A stretch of DNA of 52,820 bases, counting the filler, from Sphacelaria rigidula (lineage: Eukaryota), in the NCBI GenBank assembly GCA_964200075.2. It is 3 parts of 3 records of this genome, joined end to end, with 100 filler letters (N's around TTAATTAATTAA, not from the genome) between each part and the next. Parts side by side here need not be neighbours in the genome. Positions count along the whole stretch, not along the records: positions 1 to 17,543 come from CAXNAA020001048.1; 2 more parts are not named here. One strand, 5' to 3'. Of the stretch, positions 1 through 12,035 are shown piece after piece. A program made the position numbers and the translations under genes. Numbering within the stretch: the stretch's first letter is position 1; each line of letters begins with the position of its first letter. The notes under the pieces were generated by a model that was given only the letters and a program-made list of their open reading frames with translations, was not told the origin of the DNA and did not search any database.

Positions 1-1316
1 CGTTTCCGGTGATGAGATATTGCTCTGCCAGGTTAAATCCGTTTCTGGGCTGGCCCAGCGCGTAATGTGCTAAGACAGGGCCTGAGATAAAACGTATGCC
101 CACCAGTCCTTCAGTTTCTGGCTGCGTGGATCCCTGTCGCAGATGAAAAAAATGGGGGTAGAGCGAATAGTTTGCGGCAGATACTGCACTATTCCGACCC
201 CCAACTGAAGCAACCCCAGGCTTGAAGGATGACTAGTAGCTAGTTGTACGACCCTGTAGAGTTTCAGTTTGCAGACATCCGTACGGTATCAGTCATCTTT
301 GATTGCTCGTTCGACAGCTGCATGGCAGAGGGGCATGTTGGAAAATGACTTTTTCGCTCGTACAAATGGTAAGTTTTTTTTTGAGGGGTATCCGTCGTTG
401 GTTTGCGAGCTGTATGGGGTGGAATCGAGTGAGACATCGATTATAACGTAGCTTCGGATATATGCTACAACTGTGTACCACTATCGTTCTGGTCTTACTC
501 TCTGTACACTTCTTTTTACTCCGTCGTGTTTCGTTTACGGGGTGGTGGTGGGGAACGTGACACTATTCCCCGGCACAACACCGTTTTGTGTTATTAGTAT
601 ACTTGAACTGTGAGCGGCGGCAACATGACAAGGATGGGGAAAGCTAATGCGCTCATTTTGGGACAAACACAGTCGACACTACATACATGTTTTGGAGCTA
701 GACAACAGACGGTGTCTACACAACCGTGATTTGATGATACATATGCCATTGTGCACTGGATGGTCTTCGAGGTACCCAATCCAGGGATATGTATCTGTCG
801 AGTGCCCTCGTATACAACAGTACGGTAACACGATTCACTGTTCTCGCAGGAGTGTAGTGACAGTTCTCGTGATGATTTTCGGAAAATCCCTACTATAGCA
901 ATCATTTTGTTCGGCTCTACCTTTGTATCAAGCATACTGCTAGCAGGAGATTTCGTCAAGAGCTGTATGTATGAGGTCACGCTCCTCCAATAGAAAGTGA
1001 TATCACCTTGGCTGTGGATACACCACTAGTAAATCGAACCCAGTACAGACAGTCAATGTAGCTAATACCTAGTCGTTCTCAGCTTCCATTGTCATTATCT
1101 ACTGTTCTGAATTTCCTGCATCCCCGATCCCCTGGTGCAACTAAGATATGGCCTTCAAGAAATTGGTAATATATGGAATTTAATGACGAGGTCGTTCACT
1201 ACCCCGATTGGAAACCCGAAACCAACCTAGGTCACTCTACACTGACTGAGCAGCTTGGCACAGTACAGTGTTACTTGCAATTGAGGAGAAAGGACGCGCG
1301 AGAGAAAGTCGAAGCT

Positions 1317-4300
1317 ATGAAGTCGGTCATCGCTATGTCTGCCGTGTTGGCCAGGTGAGCGTCCTGAGCTGGTTCTGTTCGTTCTGCACTCTGTTGTCTT
1401 CAAAGCGAAAAACATGCACATCGAAAGCTCTTGAATCAACCGGGCGCCGTGCGTGTAAGCTTTGAGCTTTGCCAGTCACCCCATGGTTCTCATGTATACA
1501 CACATCATGGCATATAGGTACTGCTGCCGATGCTTTCCTGTATCGATTAAGGATGCCAAAGAACAAACCATTTACATTTGCGACGGACGGGTCCAGCTCG
1601 TGCCACAGACTTGGAGCACAGCAGATGCACCAGCGGTAGTCGTTGGTAGTGAGGTTTCTGTGGCGTTGTTGGTGTGTTGTGCACGAAACCGCGGCGCGGT
1701 TGTCTGCCTTCATTTTACTCGAAATAATCGGCATGTTTTTTTCTGGCGCCTGCATGTATGTCTTGAGTCATTTCGTGCGTGGTGTTACGGTGCTCTTGTT
1801 TATGTGGTGCGCATGGGCAGCAGTAGGCCTACCAAGCCGCATGGGGGCTAGAAAAATTTCCTCCCGTGCTTGTATTGGGCTCGTGTGGCACAGTGCACAG
1901 CTTCCATCCAGGCTACTGGGGCGGAGGTTGTGTGCGGCGTCGCATGTGATGATGATTGCATTTCACACTGTCAAGTTGCGGTTTGGGGTCTTCAGATCTC
2001 GGACTGTCGAGATCGCGCCCTCCTGCGGTGTTCATCTCAATTCCAATCTCTATGAGGGATACCGCAGATCAACGATGAACACAGGTCCTTGATTCTAAAA
2101 TTAGGTCGGTGGGTACCTCCTCGTGTTGCAGTCTTACTCGTGTAACGGAGGCAGCCGTAGTTACGCATGGTCCATGCCTCCGCTTGCCGGAAGGTGGCAG
2201 CGGCGATGATGCACTCCGAGATCGATGGTACGGGGTTGAATTGAAATAACTCGGGTTTAGACGGAGCTAAACATGAACGTCGTAGTTTGAAGTACACAGT
2301 CAGCAGTCCCAGAAAGCAACCAGCGTTTACTATCCGTCACCATGCTCACACACACCAGCCGTTACTTCACGTTCCTGTTGACATTCATACTCCAAAATGC
2401 GCTTTGCCAGTGCGAAATCATTCCGTCAGTGTTGCATGTCATGTCCAGTGACCATTTTGATGGCAAGTAGACTTCCGCGTGGGTCATTGCCCGGCTTGCA
2501 CAACAACCGCACAAACGGACTCCATGAAAATCAAGTCTGTACTACCGTCCCTGCTCTGACCCCTATGTGAGGAGTGCTTCCTGTGTGAAAACCCATCTGT
2601 ACCACACGCGGTGATACAGTCAGTAATGGTGCTCATTTTGTAGTGTCTGAGCTGGTGGCGAAATGAACTCGAGTGGGCCGTCCATGTGGGCCCTGTGATT
2701 GTTCAGCCTGATGAGATGGCACATACGAAATTGACAGAGGTGATGACCAGCTGACGGACGTGCACCGTGGGTTGTAGACAGTGATGTGAACAATGGAGAC
2801 GAGTACACACGCTTCGGTACGCAGCACATTGTACAATTGTGGAGAACCAGGTCAATTTCGGACGGGACTTGCGAGAAGTGTGTTGCCCGGAAGCTTGCTG
2901 TGTTCACACACTTCAACTGCAACTTCGTGCCCTCAGATAACGAGCGCAAGACCTTATTCTTGCTGCCGTGTTATTGTACACAGTACTGTCTGTGAGCCAA
3001 CCGCGTGTTGCCGGAGGCAGCGTATTGGATTTTTTGAGGGTAGTGGGCAAAATTGCGAGCACCTCGTCGGGAACCGGGCATTGCTGAAGCCAGTACTTGA
3101 TTGATCTCATTATTGGTGATGTAGCAGTTGTCACATGCATCCGCTACATCGCTTCACAGCATACCGTTTCATGGAAAAATTTACCCAATGTGGATCGCCG
3201 TACCGCCCCTGGTTCTTCGTCGTGTGTTTGTCAACATGAGCTCTTCTTGATGCTCACCTCTCTAGATATACAAGGCAGCCCATCATCCCGATACTCTCGC
3301 TGTACCTCCGCGTAAGTTGGAATTCGTGTCTCCTTCGTTCAGGTCTTGAGAGCTCGAAATTGACGTGAAACGCACATCCGTATTTGTTGGAGACGAATCC
3401 TTACCCGTATTTTTTGGGGTGCAGTATCGAGTCTCCTCGAAGCGAGAGGTCAGCGTTCCGGTTGTTGAATCTCTCCTTACCGTTTTTCCATCACTTTGCC
3501 CTACAATCACGTCCCATGTGTCCATCAAAGTCAAACCATGCTCAGCTGATACGAACGTCCCGCACCTCCCTAGTGTTGCGTTTAATTTCGTCTCCTCTGT
3601 ACTCCGCTACACCGATATCTAAAGCCTACACTGTGATTCTGATGTTTTGATGCCTCTGGCGCTCGTCAATCTTGTTGCGGATGCTTCACCTCTGGGAGTG
3701 ATGTGGTCGGGTTTACTGTCTGTGCTCTCGTGTAGCTGATGGACTCGGACATGACTGTTTCGTCCAGTTTGACAGCTGCGTCGTGGCAAAGGTCAAGTTT
3801 TGCTGTCCATTTGACTTTCGACAAACCAGGTCCGTCTCTGTGTTGGGATCGAAAATACATGAGACAAGGATGATGTATAAATGCCGAGCTGTTTTCCCCT
3901 GCTGGGACATGTTCTGTATTTTGATCGTATCCCTACCTGTGGCATCATCACACTCGTCATGAACGTCAGGTCAATGTCTCCGAAGAAAAACCCACCTCTA
4001 CAAAATATCATCACAACATGAATATGTCACCTCATGAGTTACCTCGATACCGAACGACACTCCCTTTGATCGACTACGAGCAAGAATACCCAGTGCCTTG
4101 TACCCAATGCGGCTGGCCGTTTTCCTGGTTTCAACACTCATAGTCTCAGGCGCGGTTGCTTTGTGATGCCTGTGGCATTCATGAGTACAGTAACGGACGA
4201 TAATCCAACTACGGAGCTGACTTCTTTTATCGTCTCGCCTTTTGGGGCCACCTCGCATTTTCCGGAGAAGACGTTCCCTGAGCAATATCCTGTGCGACCA

Positions 4301-7145
4301 TATGACAATCCTTCCGGCTGTTGAGGGATGAGGTACACCGGACTTACTCGGAATTACTTCCTTCAATTTTCGACACCGTTCTGCGGGCTAGCTCCATAAT
4401 TTCCCGTGAAAGCCACTCGAGCTGCAGCTCAGATGACAAGTTCTCATTTCTCCTCCAGCTGTTGAACCCTGCGTGATTTTCCTCGTTTCGTTGCCTGAAG
4501 TGAAAATCTTGGAACAGCGCTAGGTTTTCACACTCCACTTTCTACTGTGTGAAGTGGCTGATGCCGTGAAAATCGGGCCTGAACTGAAATTTGAATTAAC
4601 GACACTTTTCTGTCTTCCCTCCGTCCCGCTCCACCCCTGCACATTCTTGAATACAGCGCGTCAGCGTTCGTGCCCAGCACACCTTTCACGGGATCTCGGG
4701 TGGCGGACCCCGCCCGGACCTCCACCACGTCGTTGTCCATGGCGGCAGCAGACTTAGTGGGGGCTAGCGCACCGCTTGGCTTTTTCGACCCCATGGGCTT
4801 CTCCAAGGGCACCGAGGAGCAGCTCAACAACTATCGCGAGTCCGAACTGAAGCACGGCCGGACGGCCATGCTCGCAGTCGTTGGGTTCCTCACCCAGGTA
4901 ATCTTATGATTTTTTTTTTTCATGACAGCGCAGAGGGAGTGGATAGAGCTGGGCATTTTGCAGTACATGGACACTGCCCGACTTTGCCCTCCTCCCTGTG
5001 CATCCGTTGAATATTGGCGTGTGGGGAAGACATGATCTGAGTGGGCTGTGTAGATGATGGTGGTGAGTAGATGACATGCCTCGACTGATACTCATCCTTG
5101 AAGATGAAAAGTGCGAAGCGTCATGAATTCCATTTTGCAGCAAGGTGTAATTATCATTTCCGATGTTTGAACCCCACACGCCTTGAGCATACTCAAGTCT
5201 GTCGGAATGGAGTGGATTGAAGTACGCTTTTGCGATGGGAAGTGAGATCCCCAGGTTGAGGATCATCACGTCTCATTACGGGTTCGGTTTGATCCCAAAC
5301 GTCGAGAAAACGAAAGGCCTCGTCATCTGTCTCGAAAGTTTCTGGTGTACAGTCTCCGGTCCACGCTCTTGGATTTTAGATCCATGGAGCCAATCCGGAT
5401 CATTGTGATGGATGATATTTGGCTTCAGGTCTTCTACTTTTCTCCTTGTCCCGTACTCCGACAGACCAACAATGGGGAATGTACCGTATTTGTCATCACC
5501 TTCCAACTCTCAACACGCTATTGAAGGTGACATGTCATGTGTGAAAAAATCACGACTTGATTCCGGTACCTTCGTTGGAGTTCGAATACTGTAGCTGGTG
5601 AAGAACGCCTCAAAACTCATCTAGGCCCTCTGCCAGTATCGGCCCAATGCCGCCATGTCTAAAAATGACCACTGGCTCACAATTTTTCATCCTGACGAAT
5701 CGGTCCAAATAATCTGGAAACGTTACCCGAATCTACGGACGATACTAGAGGAATTTCAGGTGGTAGCTCGCGTATCTTCCCTCCTCTACGCTACTTGTAT
5801 TCCAGTTCGCAAGTTGTGTTAGGCCTTTCTCAGCCGTGAAAGGAATGTAGAGGAATGGAACATGCCGCGCCAGAGGTGAGCCGACTTGATCCTAGACAAC
5901 GCACATGATTTACGTTGTGTCGGTTACAGCCGGCGTTCTGTCCGTTGTCTGATACCTCATATTCCTTCCGCATGATTTTCTCATCTCTCGTACCTGCAGG
6001 AGAATTTCCACCCATTGTACAACGGCGGACTTTCCTCCAACCCGTGCAAGGCCATCTTCGAGATGCCGCCGGAGGGTTTCTTCCAGGTACAGAGATGAAC
6101 GCTTGTGTTGATTTGTGTTATTTTTTTTCTCTGCTTCGCCACAAACGGTAAGTGTCGCCTTTGCGTTCCATCGAAATGGAAGCCACACCCTTTTTCGCAT
6201 CCTGTTCTTGGGTATATTGGGAGAATCCCTCTTTTGAAAGGGAAACTCATGACAAATAAAATAAATATACTGCAGAGCGTTACTATGGTGGGATACCCAC
6301 GGGGCAGTCTGAAGGTTATGGCTGTCTCTGAGAGTGGCGATCATCATCCAAATTCGAGATAATGGCGCTTTCACCGATTTCACGAGGCCAGACGCAAGAC
6401 CCTTGCTTACAGCACACGCCAAACACGAAACCTGCTATTCCGTGGCCCTCGTTTCCTGATGTGCGATTCTGTTAGATCATCATGTTCTGCGGGTTCATGG
6501 AGTACATCATCTCTCAGATCAAGCTTCAGCCGGGGTACGTGGCCGGGGACTACCTGGGAGTCAACCAAATGTTCTCTAACCAGGGTTCGGGGGAGGCTAC
6601 GCAGAAGATCAACTCGAACGGTGACCTTGTACCGATCGACGAACCCGATGCCTACGAATCGGACCCCATGGAGCTGTGGCGCGTCTACCAGGTGAGCCGA
6701 AGTCATGGCAAATCCATGGCGGTTCGAGAAAGTCGCGATGTTTCACTCCACGCACACTTCATGGTCGAATTCGGCATAGATGAAAAATGTACTGCGTGAA
6801 GCGTAGGCCTTCGCAACTATTGGCGGCCGGCAATGATTGCGATGGGCATATACATCACGCAGTACGTTTATTGTCTCATGCGACTTTTGACCACATGTTG
6901 TCGGAGGTGTGCAATGTCTTCGCGTATACGTATCATCTTTGTATCTTACCGTTCACACTCGAGCAACTGCCGTGTGTTTCGTTCCTTCCGGCCTTTGCCA
7001 TGCATGCCTTCAGACTAAGGAGCTCCACAACGGACGCGCGGCGATGATGGGAATCACCGGACTCGTCACCCACAACCTTCTAACCGGCGGCATGCCCGCT
7101 TTCGAACAGATCGCGCGCGGCGTTTACTCGGGTGGCATCCACTAG
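1317..7145 (+). CDS. Light-harvesting complex protein (fucoxanthin-chlorophyll a/c binding family), plastid-targeted precursor, 5 exons, ~237 aa
   Basis: Exons 1317-1354, 4657-4897, 6000-6086, 6476-6691, 7014-7145, all GT-AG and phase-consistent (714 nt). Translation: MKSVIAMSAVLAS-ASAFVP (signal peptide + ASAFAP-type motif)...LGFFDPMG...RESELKHGRTAMLA (helix 1)...QENFHPLY...IIMFCGFME (helix 2)...QTKELHNGRAAMMG (helix 3)...GGIH*. Subfamily not determined. Confidence 0.95.
2780..3120 (+). mobile_element. Possible heavily decayed copia gag relic in LHC intron 1
   Basis: LYNCGEPGQFR resembles a CYNCGxxGHFxxxC zinc knuckle; nothing else is clearly conserved. Confidence 0.25.
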
Positions 7146-8989
7146 ATTTGTTTGTCTCATAGTTTAAGGAGCAAAAACAATGTCAATGTATCACACCACT
7201 TGTTGGACAAGTGGAGGCCGGGCAGATGGTGTTGTGGCCCACGAAGGATAATGAAGGAACAATCTTGCAGCTGTCACGGCTTCGGCTTTCTCATCTCGGA
7301 TATATCCGATGCTTGCCTTCTGCGGTTCGGGAAATTTGGGCTGTTGTAAAATGAGCGGAGTGGGAACATGATTAGTGCGCGCGCACATGCAGGCATGCCG
7401 CATTTTTGACGTAGAGTAACCTTGTGGATGGATCCTGCCGTGTTCCTGCTTTCATTCCGCTTGTTTCACGGTCTGATATCTTCTTTTTCCTGTATAATTA
7501 AGGATTAGGGCCTCCTGAAAACGCCGCACGGCAGGTAAGGGGTTCGGGAGGAAGCCGCGTTGCCCTTGACATGAGCAGAGCCTGGACAGTTCGCGAAAGA
7601 AATGCGTCATTTGACCTGTCTTGGACTTTAGTCGCTAGTTTTGGCGTATCACAGCGGATTCGCTGCCTTCGTTGCGTTGATACAGCCCTTATAGACTCAC
7701 GCCCAGTCTTGACCGGCTTCAATCGCATGCCTCCTTCGGTTTTACCGTCGAAGAGGGTGCGACGCGTTTGTGATGTTTTGTTTCTGTGATGTCCCCTACT
7801 GTACTTGTTTTTGGTTCCACCTAAACAAACCACAATGAATGCGAAAGTTATGGTTTGAAAAATTAAAAAAACGTCCCAAGCGGATGCTGGAATAACTTTT
7901 TTGAACGCGGGTCAACGCTCTACTCTTCTTCATATGCCTAGTGATGAGATGTGCTGCGTTTTCACGTTTAAACGTCGGTGGTGATGTTTCCACCACGATT
8001 TGCCGCCCGAACGGGGTACGAGGATATAAGCTGGTACTTTCGTGGGAAACTCTGTGTAGCGCTGAGAAAAAACATCGAGCAACCCGAAATTATTGATGGA
8101 ATGTGGGACTGCAAGTTCGGATACTCCAGTGGTGACTCGACCAGTGACAATCGCGCGGGAACACGGAGATCTCCCGAACGTCCATGTCCCTAAAATGATC
8201 GGGGTTGTGGTCCGTCCGTGACGTGTGCGACGCGATTTCTCATAATTGTTCACCTGAAAAAAGACGCATATATACATAATTATGGGCCGGGAGGTTGATA
8301 TTTTCCCTCGGAGAGTCTCTTCGATGCAAGCGATGCCTCCTGCTGATCATATGACGTCCATTATCTCTACGTGTTCGCTCGCCTCAAGGGGTATGTTGAG
8401 AGTCGAACACAATTTTTTTCCCGTCGCGTGAGTCACATGACGCGCGCATCGAAAACACTTTCATCGTTGCAGGGCGAAAGACAGCGAGGAAGAGCTAATC
8501 GCCTTGCCGTCTGTTCACGCAACAGGTAATCGACTGATGGATTTACCTGAGTCAAGTCTTCATCAAAGAGCTGCAGGTGCCTTTCGCGTCTACTCGTCAC
8601 GATTTTTTTTGCCCTACACACGATGACTCCCTTGCTCGGGAAGTCGTGGATCGTGCGGATAACCTCAGTTGGTTACCCTTTGTTACGGGACGTTGAGGTT
8701 CCCGAAATACGAAGTAGGCCTACTAGAAAGAAACTTTTCAAAAATGAAAATGTACACCTCGTGGAAAACCGCACCCTGCAGTGCTTGATGGTCAACCACC
8801 AAACGTTGTGTGCGGCGCACGAAGAACACAAACTTGACCCGAAATCGCTTCCCATCCACGTCGAGACAAAATGCCGTTTCCTTTCAACATCAATCTACTT
8901 CGTAATCCCGCTGCTTGTGTACCACAATATACTATGTGACAAGATGATTTTTCTTGAATTTTTGTTGTTGAAATTGAAGGAAATTGATC

Positions 8990-9362
8990 AAACACCGTCG
9001 AAAACCGAAAATTCCGGCAGGCTTTGCGATGTTCGTATATTTGCTTCTTCTGCTCCTTGCTGACCCTGTCCCAATGACCTCGGATGCCGGCGACGCTCAC
9101 ACACATCTATGTACAATACACGAGCGCACGGTATCGACAGCCGGTAGCCAAAGTAGCAACATCGTCTCACGCCTCGCTAAATTTCCCCGAACTACTGGTG
9201 ATACATAGTCGAGGCAATCGACACGGAACATGGTCCTTCAAATGTCATCATGGTGATGAACTTGAAGGGGCCATGTGTCCGCCATCTCAGCGGCCTCCAT
9301 GCCAATAAGGATCTCTGTACACGGCAGCTGACCGCATCCGCCAACGCCTCGGTAACAAACAA
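8990..9362 (+). repeat. Diverged internal copy of the 20805-21391 MITE family
   Basis: Colinear blocks shared with 20925-21290, e.g. ATGACCTCGGATG, GCTCACACACAT, GAGCGCACGGTA, GTGTCCGCCATCTCAGCGG, GGATCTCTGTACACGGCAGC. Confidence 0.85.
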
Positions 9363-10689
9363 GGTCAAGCTCGCCTGTCGCATGTACCTGCGCACATTGT
9401 GCATGTGTGGGAACCACCACATATAGAGAAGGGATGTACATTCCCACAAGCTTCTGTCAAGGAATCACCTTTTGACACTAGCCACCAGTGATGAATCTCG
9501 TACCCCTCACGAACAGAAGGTTCCGGATTCAAATCCCATATCCCACCAAAATAGTGGGCGCGCCACAAACAAATGATGGATATCCTCTGAAGTATAGTTA
9601 AAAAAACTCACGGAAAATTTCCTGCCGCGATTGGGTGACCCAACATACGTCGGAGTTATGTGACATAAAAAGCAAAATTCCAGCCGCTAGCCGCGTGAAA
9701 GATTACTCCTCCCCAAATAAACCTCCAGTAGGATCATGGAAGGGGAGATGATGGGGGAACCACCACATAAAAGCGACATAATCCCACAAATATCTGTCAA
9801 ATATGGGGGATAGGTAATCCATATTTTGGCGGTAATGAGGGTCCCAAATTTCGGTCGCATCCACGGGCCGCCCTTTTGCATTCCGCGTAGCCTCTACTTG
9901 TAGACGCAGCAGCAGCAGCATCAAACAGCAGCAGATCTACACCCCTACAGCTCTATACGAACAACAGCGGACCGGCATGAGCACGAACAGCGTTGGGGAT
10001 TCTTCCTCCCGGAGGAGTCGGGGGTCTCCATGTTGCCCAATTAGTCTTGAGCCCGAAGGTGTCGAGGGGCGTGCAGCGCTACTTCACTTCGTGAAAGTGA
10101 CGAAAGCGTCTGTGCAACACTTAGTCGCTTTCAGAAATCGAAAATAGACCGGCGGCGACAAGGCGACAATATGATCGGAAGTGTGTACTACAAAGAAGAT
10201 AATTGGTACGACGAAGAGACGTAATAAAGTGTACTCGAAGTACTTGTACTTCGTACCTTGCGTACAAGTACATACATACGCAATGTATGCGAAACAAGTG
10301 ATGCGAAATAGTCTACAATAAACACATAAACATGCAACATACGTGATACAAGCATCAACAACACATACATGCATCCATACATGTAAATACACATAATACA
10401 TATTTGGCAATACACCGGATTACATGTGTGTTGGGTCACCCAATAGAAGTGCATTATTATAAACGTGCAAAGGGTGTTCAAACCTTCTCTCTGGCCTTAA
10501 AACTGTGGAAACCCGGGGATACACCACGAATCATCCCCGTTTTTGCGGTAATTAGATATGAGTTATTAAAATTGCTGATTTCAGGAAATGACGGTGAGCT
10601 ATTGGTCTAATCTGCAGGTGTTACCGGTAATAATTAATTACGGGTGCACAGGTAATCGACGTCCTTGGAAATATCACAAAACATCACGA

Positions 10690-10798
10690 TTTTTTTGTAA
10701 AAAAATCATGTCAATTTTCGAAAAGTTGTCCTCCGGAACGGGGGCGGGGGGGAAAGGGTGCGCTCCGTGTCCGAAAATTTTCTCTTGACAGACCCTTG
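10690..10798 (-). repeat. Terminal fragment of the CAAGG MITE family
   Basis: Reverse complement CAAGGGTCTGTCAAGAGAAAATTTTCGGACACGGAGC matches the 20805 terminus and the following poly-C/CATGATTTT subterminal region. Confidence 0.75.
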
Positions 10799-11393
10799 TG
10801 CGTACAGTATGAAATCTGTCGTCTGTTGGAATATGCGCAATATATAGTCGATACTGTACGCAGTACAATTTCTGACTATATTCTCTTGTCCATACGGTAT
10901 GAAAATATGTCAGCATGCTGCATGGTAGGCCTTGTTGCTCCATCGTTGACCGCACTGATTTACTCGCTGTAGACTGGCGTACGGTATCTAGCGGGCCTGC
11001 TGAATCGCCGACTCGTTCGGTCATGACGGGCCGAACCGGCCATACGGAGCCCTGCATCCGAGAAAATGCCTCCGTACAGTTTTGCTGATCAATATCTTCT
11101 GCATTTTTCCACAACCCTGCCTCCTCTTCGATCGCACAACCGCCCCACACAGCACCATATCAAGAACACAGCGAGCGAGCGCTAAGCAAAGGCTTTCTTT
11201 TTACTCCTTCCATACTCGCCAGAAAACGCGACTAACATACAGACAGTACTCATTACAATACACGTATGCGCGATCCGCTGATCTTTCCTTCGCTCTGAGA
11301 CTTGTCTGGCGGCGTATTTTTAGACTGTTGTGGAGAACCATTGATCCAAATACTCATCTGCAGAGTCCATATTCCACCCCGCAACTTCGAACA

Positions 11394-11971
11394 ATGGAGG
11401 CAGTTAACCCATTCCTAGCGCAAGGTCTACGCCTTCTGAAGCAAGACAATGCAGAGCAGGCAGAGCAGGAGTTTGCTAGAGCGGCCGCAGCGAGCTGCTC
11501 CGCTTTCGGGGAGAACGACATCGTGACTGCTCGGACTCTCGCGCATCTCGCCAGGCTCTGCGTATCCGGCGGAAAGCTTGACATTGCTGTGCCCATGTAC
11601 GAGCGAATCATCCGCATACATGAAGCGCTGCCCGAACCTTGCAACACTGATCATGCACTTGCTCTGATAGATCTTGCTAATTTGCGGTCGGATGGGGCTA
11701 CCGTCGGCGGCGGCGACGGCGGCGATGGTGATACTGCCGATACTCTCCGCAGAAAGGCGGACGAAATCATGCGCGACGTGGGTGTTCGCATGGTGAAACA
11801 AACTCAACACGCACAGAATAACATAATGACCGCGGCAGCACGCCCACAGAATGTGAAAGATGGGGATCAAGAAGAAGAAGATATCATGGGCGACGAGTAC
11901 AGCAGCAGCGGGAGCTCTGACGCGGAAGAACGTAGTAGCAGTAGTACGTGTAGCAGTAGTGGTGGTGGTAG

Positions 11972-12004
<33 letters not shown>

Positions 12005-12035
12005 CTATGGTGCTGCTCGTGCTAATGAAGAATGA
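11394..12035 (+). CDS. TPR-repeat protein (kinesin-light-chain-like TPR) with acidic Ser/Asp-rich C-terminal tail, 213 aa, apparently single coding exon
   Basis: ATG at 11394 inside ORF 11082-12035. 'FGENDIVTARTLAHLARLCVSGGKLDIAVPMYERIIRIHEA...HALALIDLANL' matches the G.DHP..A..L.NLA..Y...G.Y..A..LY.RAL.I pattern. The tail includes (GAT)n poly-Asp. Confidence 0.75.

Noticed and set aside
2700..2760. Hammerhead ribozyme-like CTGATGA...GAAA core
   Set aside because: Stem II is weak, and there is no properly placed stem III or UH cleavage triplet.
3300..4500. Minus-strand ORFs in LHC intron 1 as a retroelement pol or nested gene
   Set aside because: Only vague resemblance (KALGILA); no diagnostic motif.
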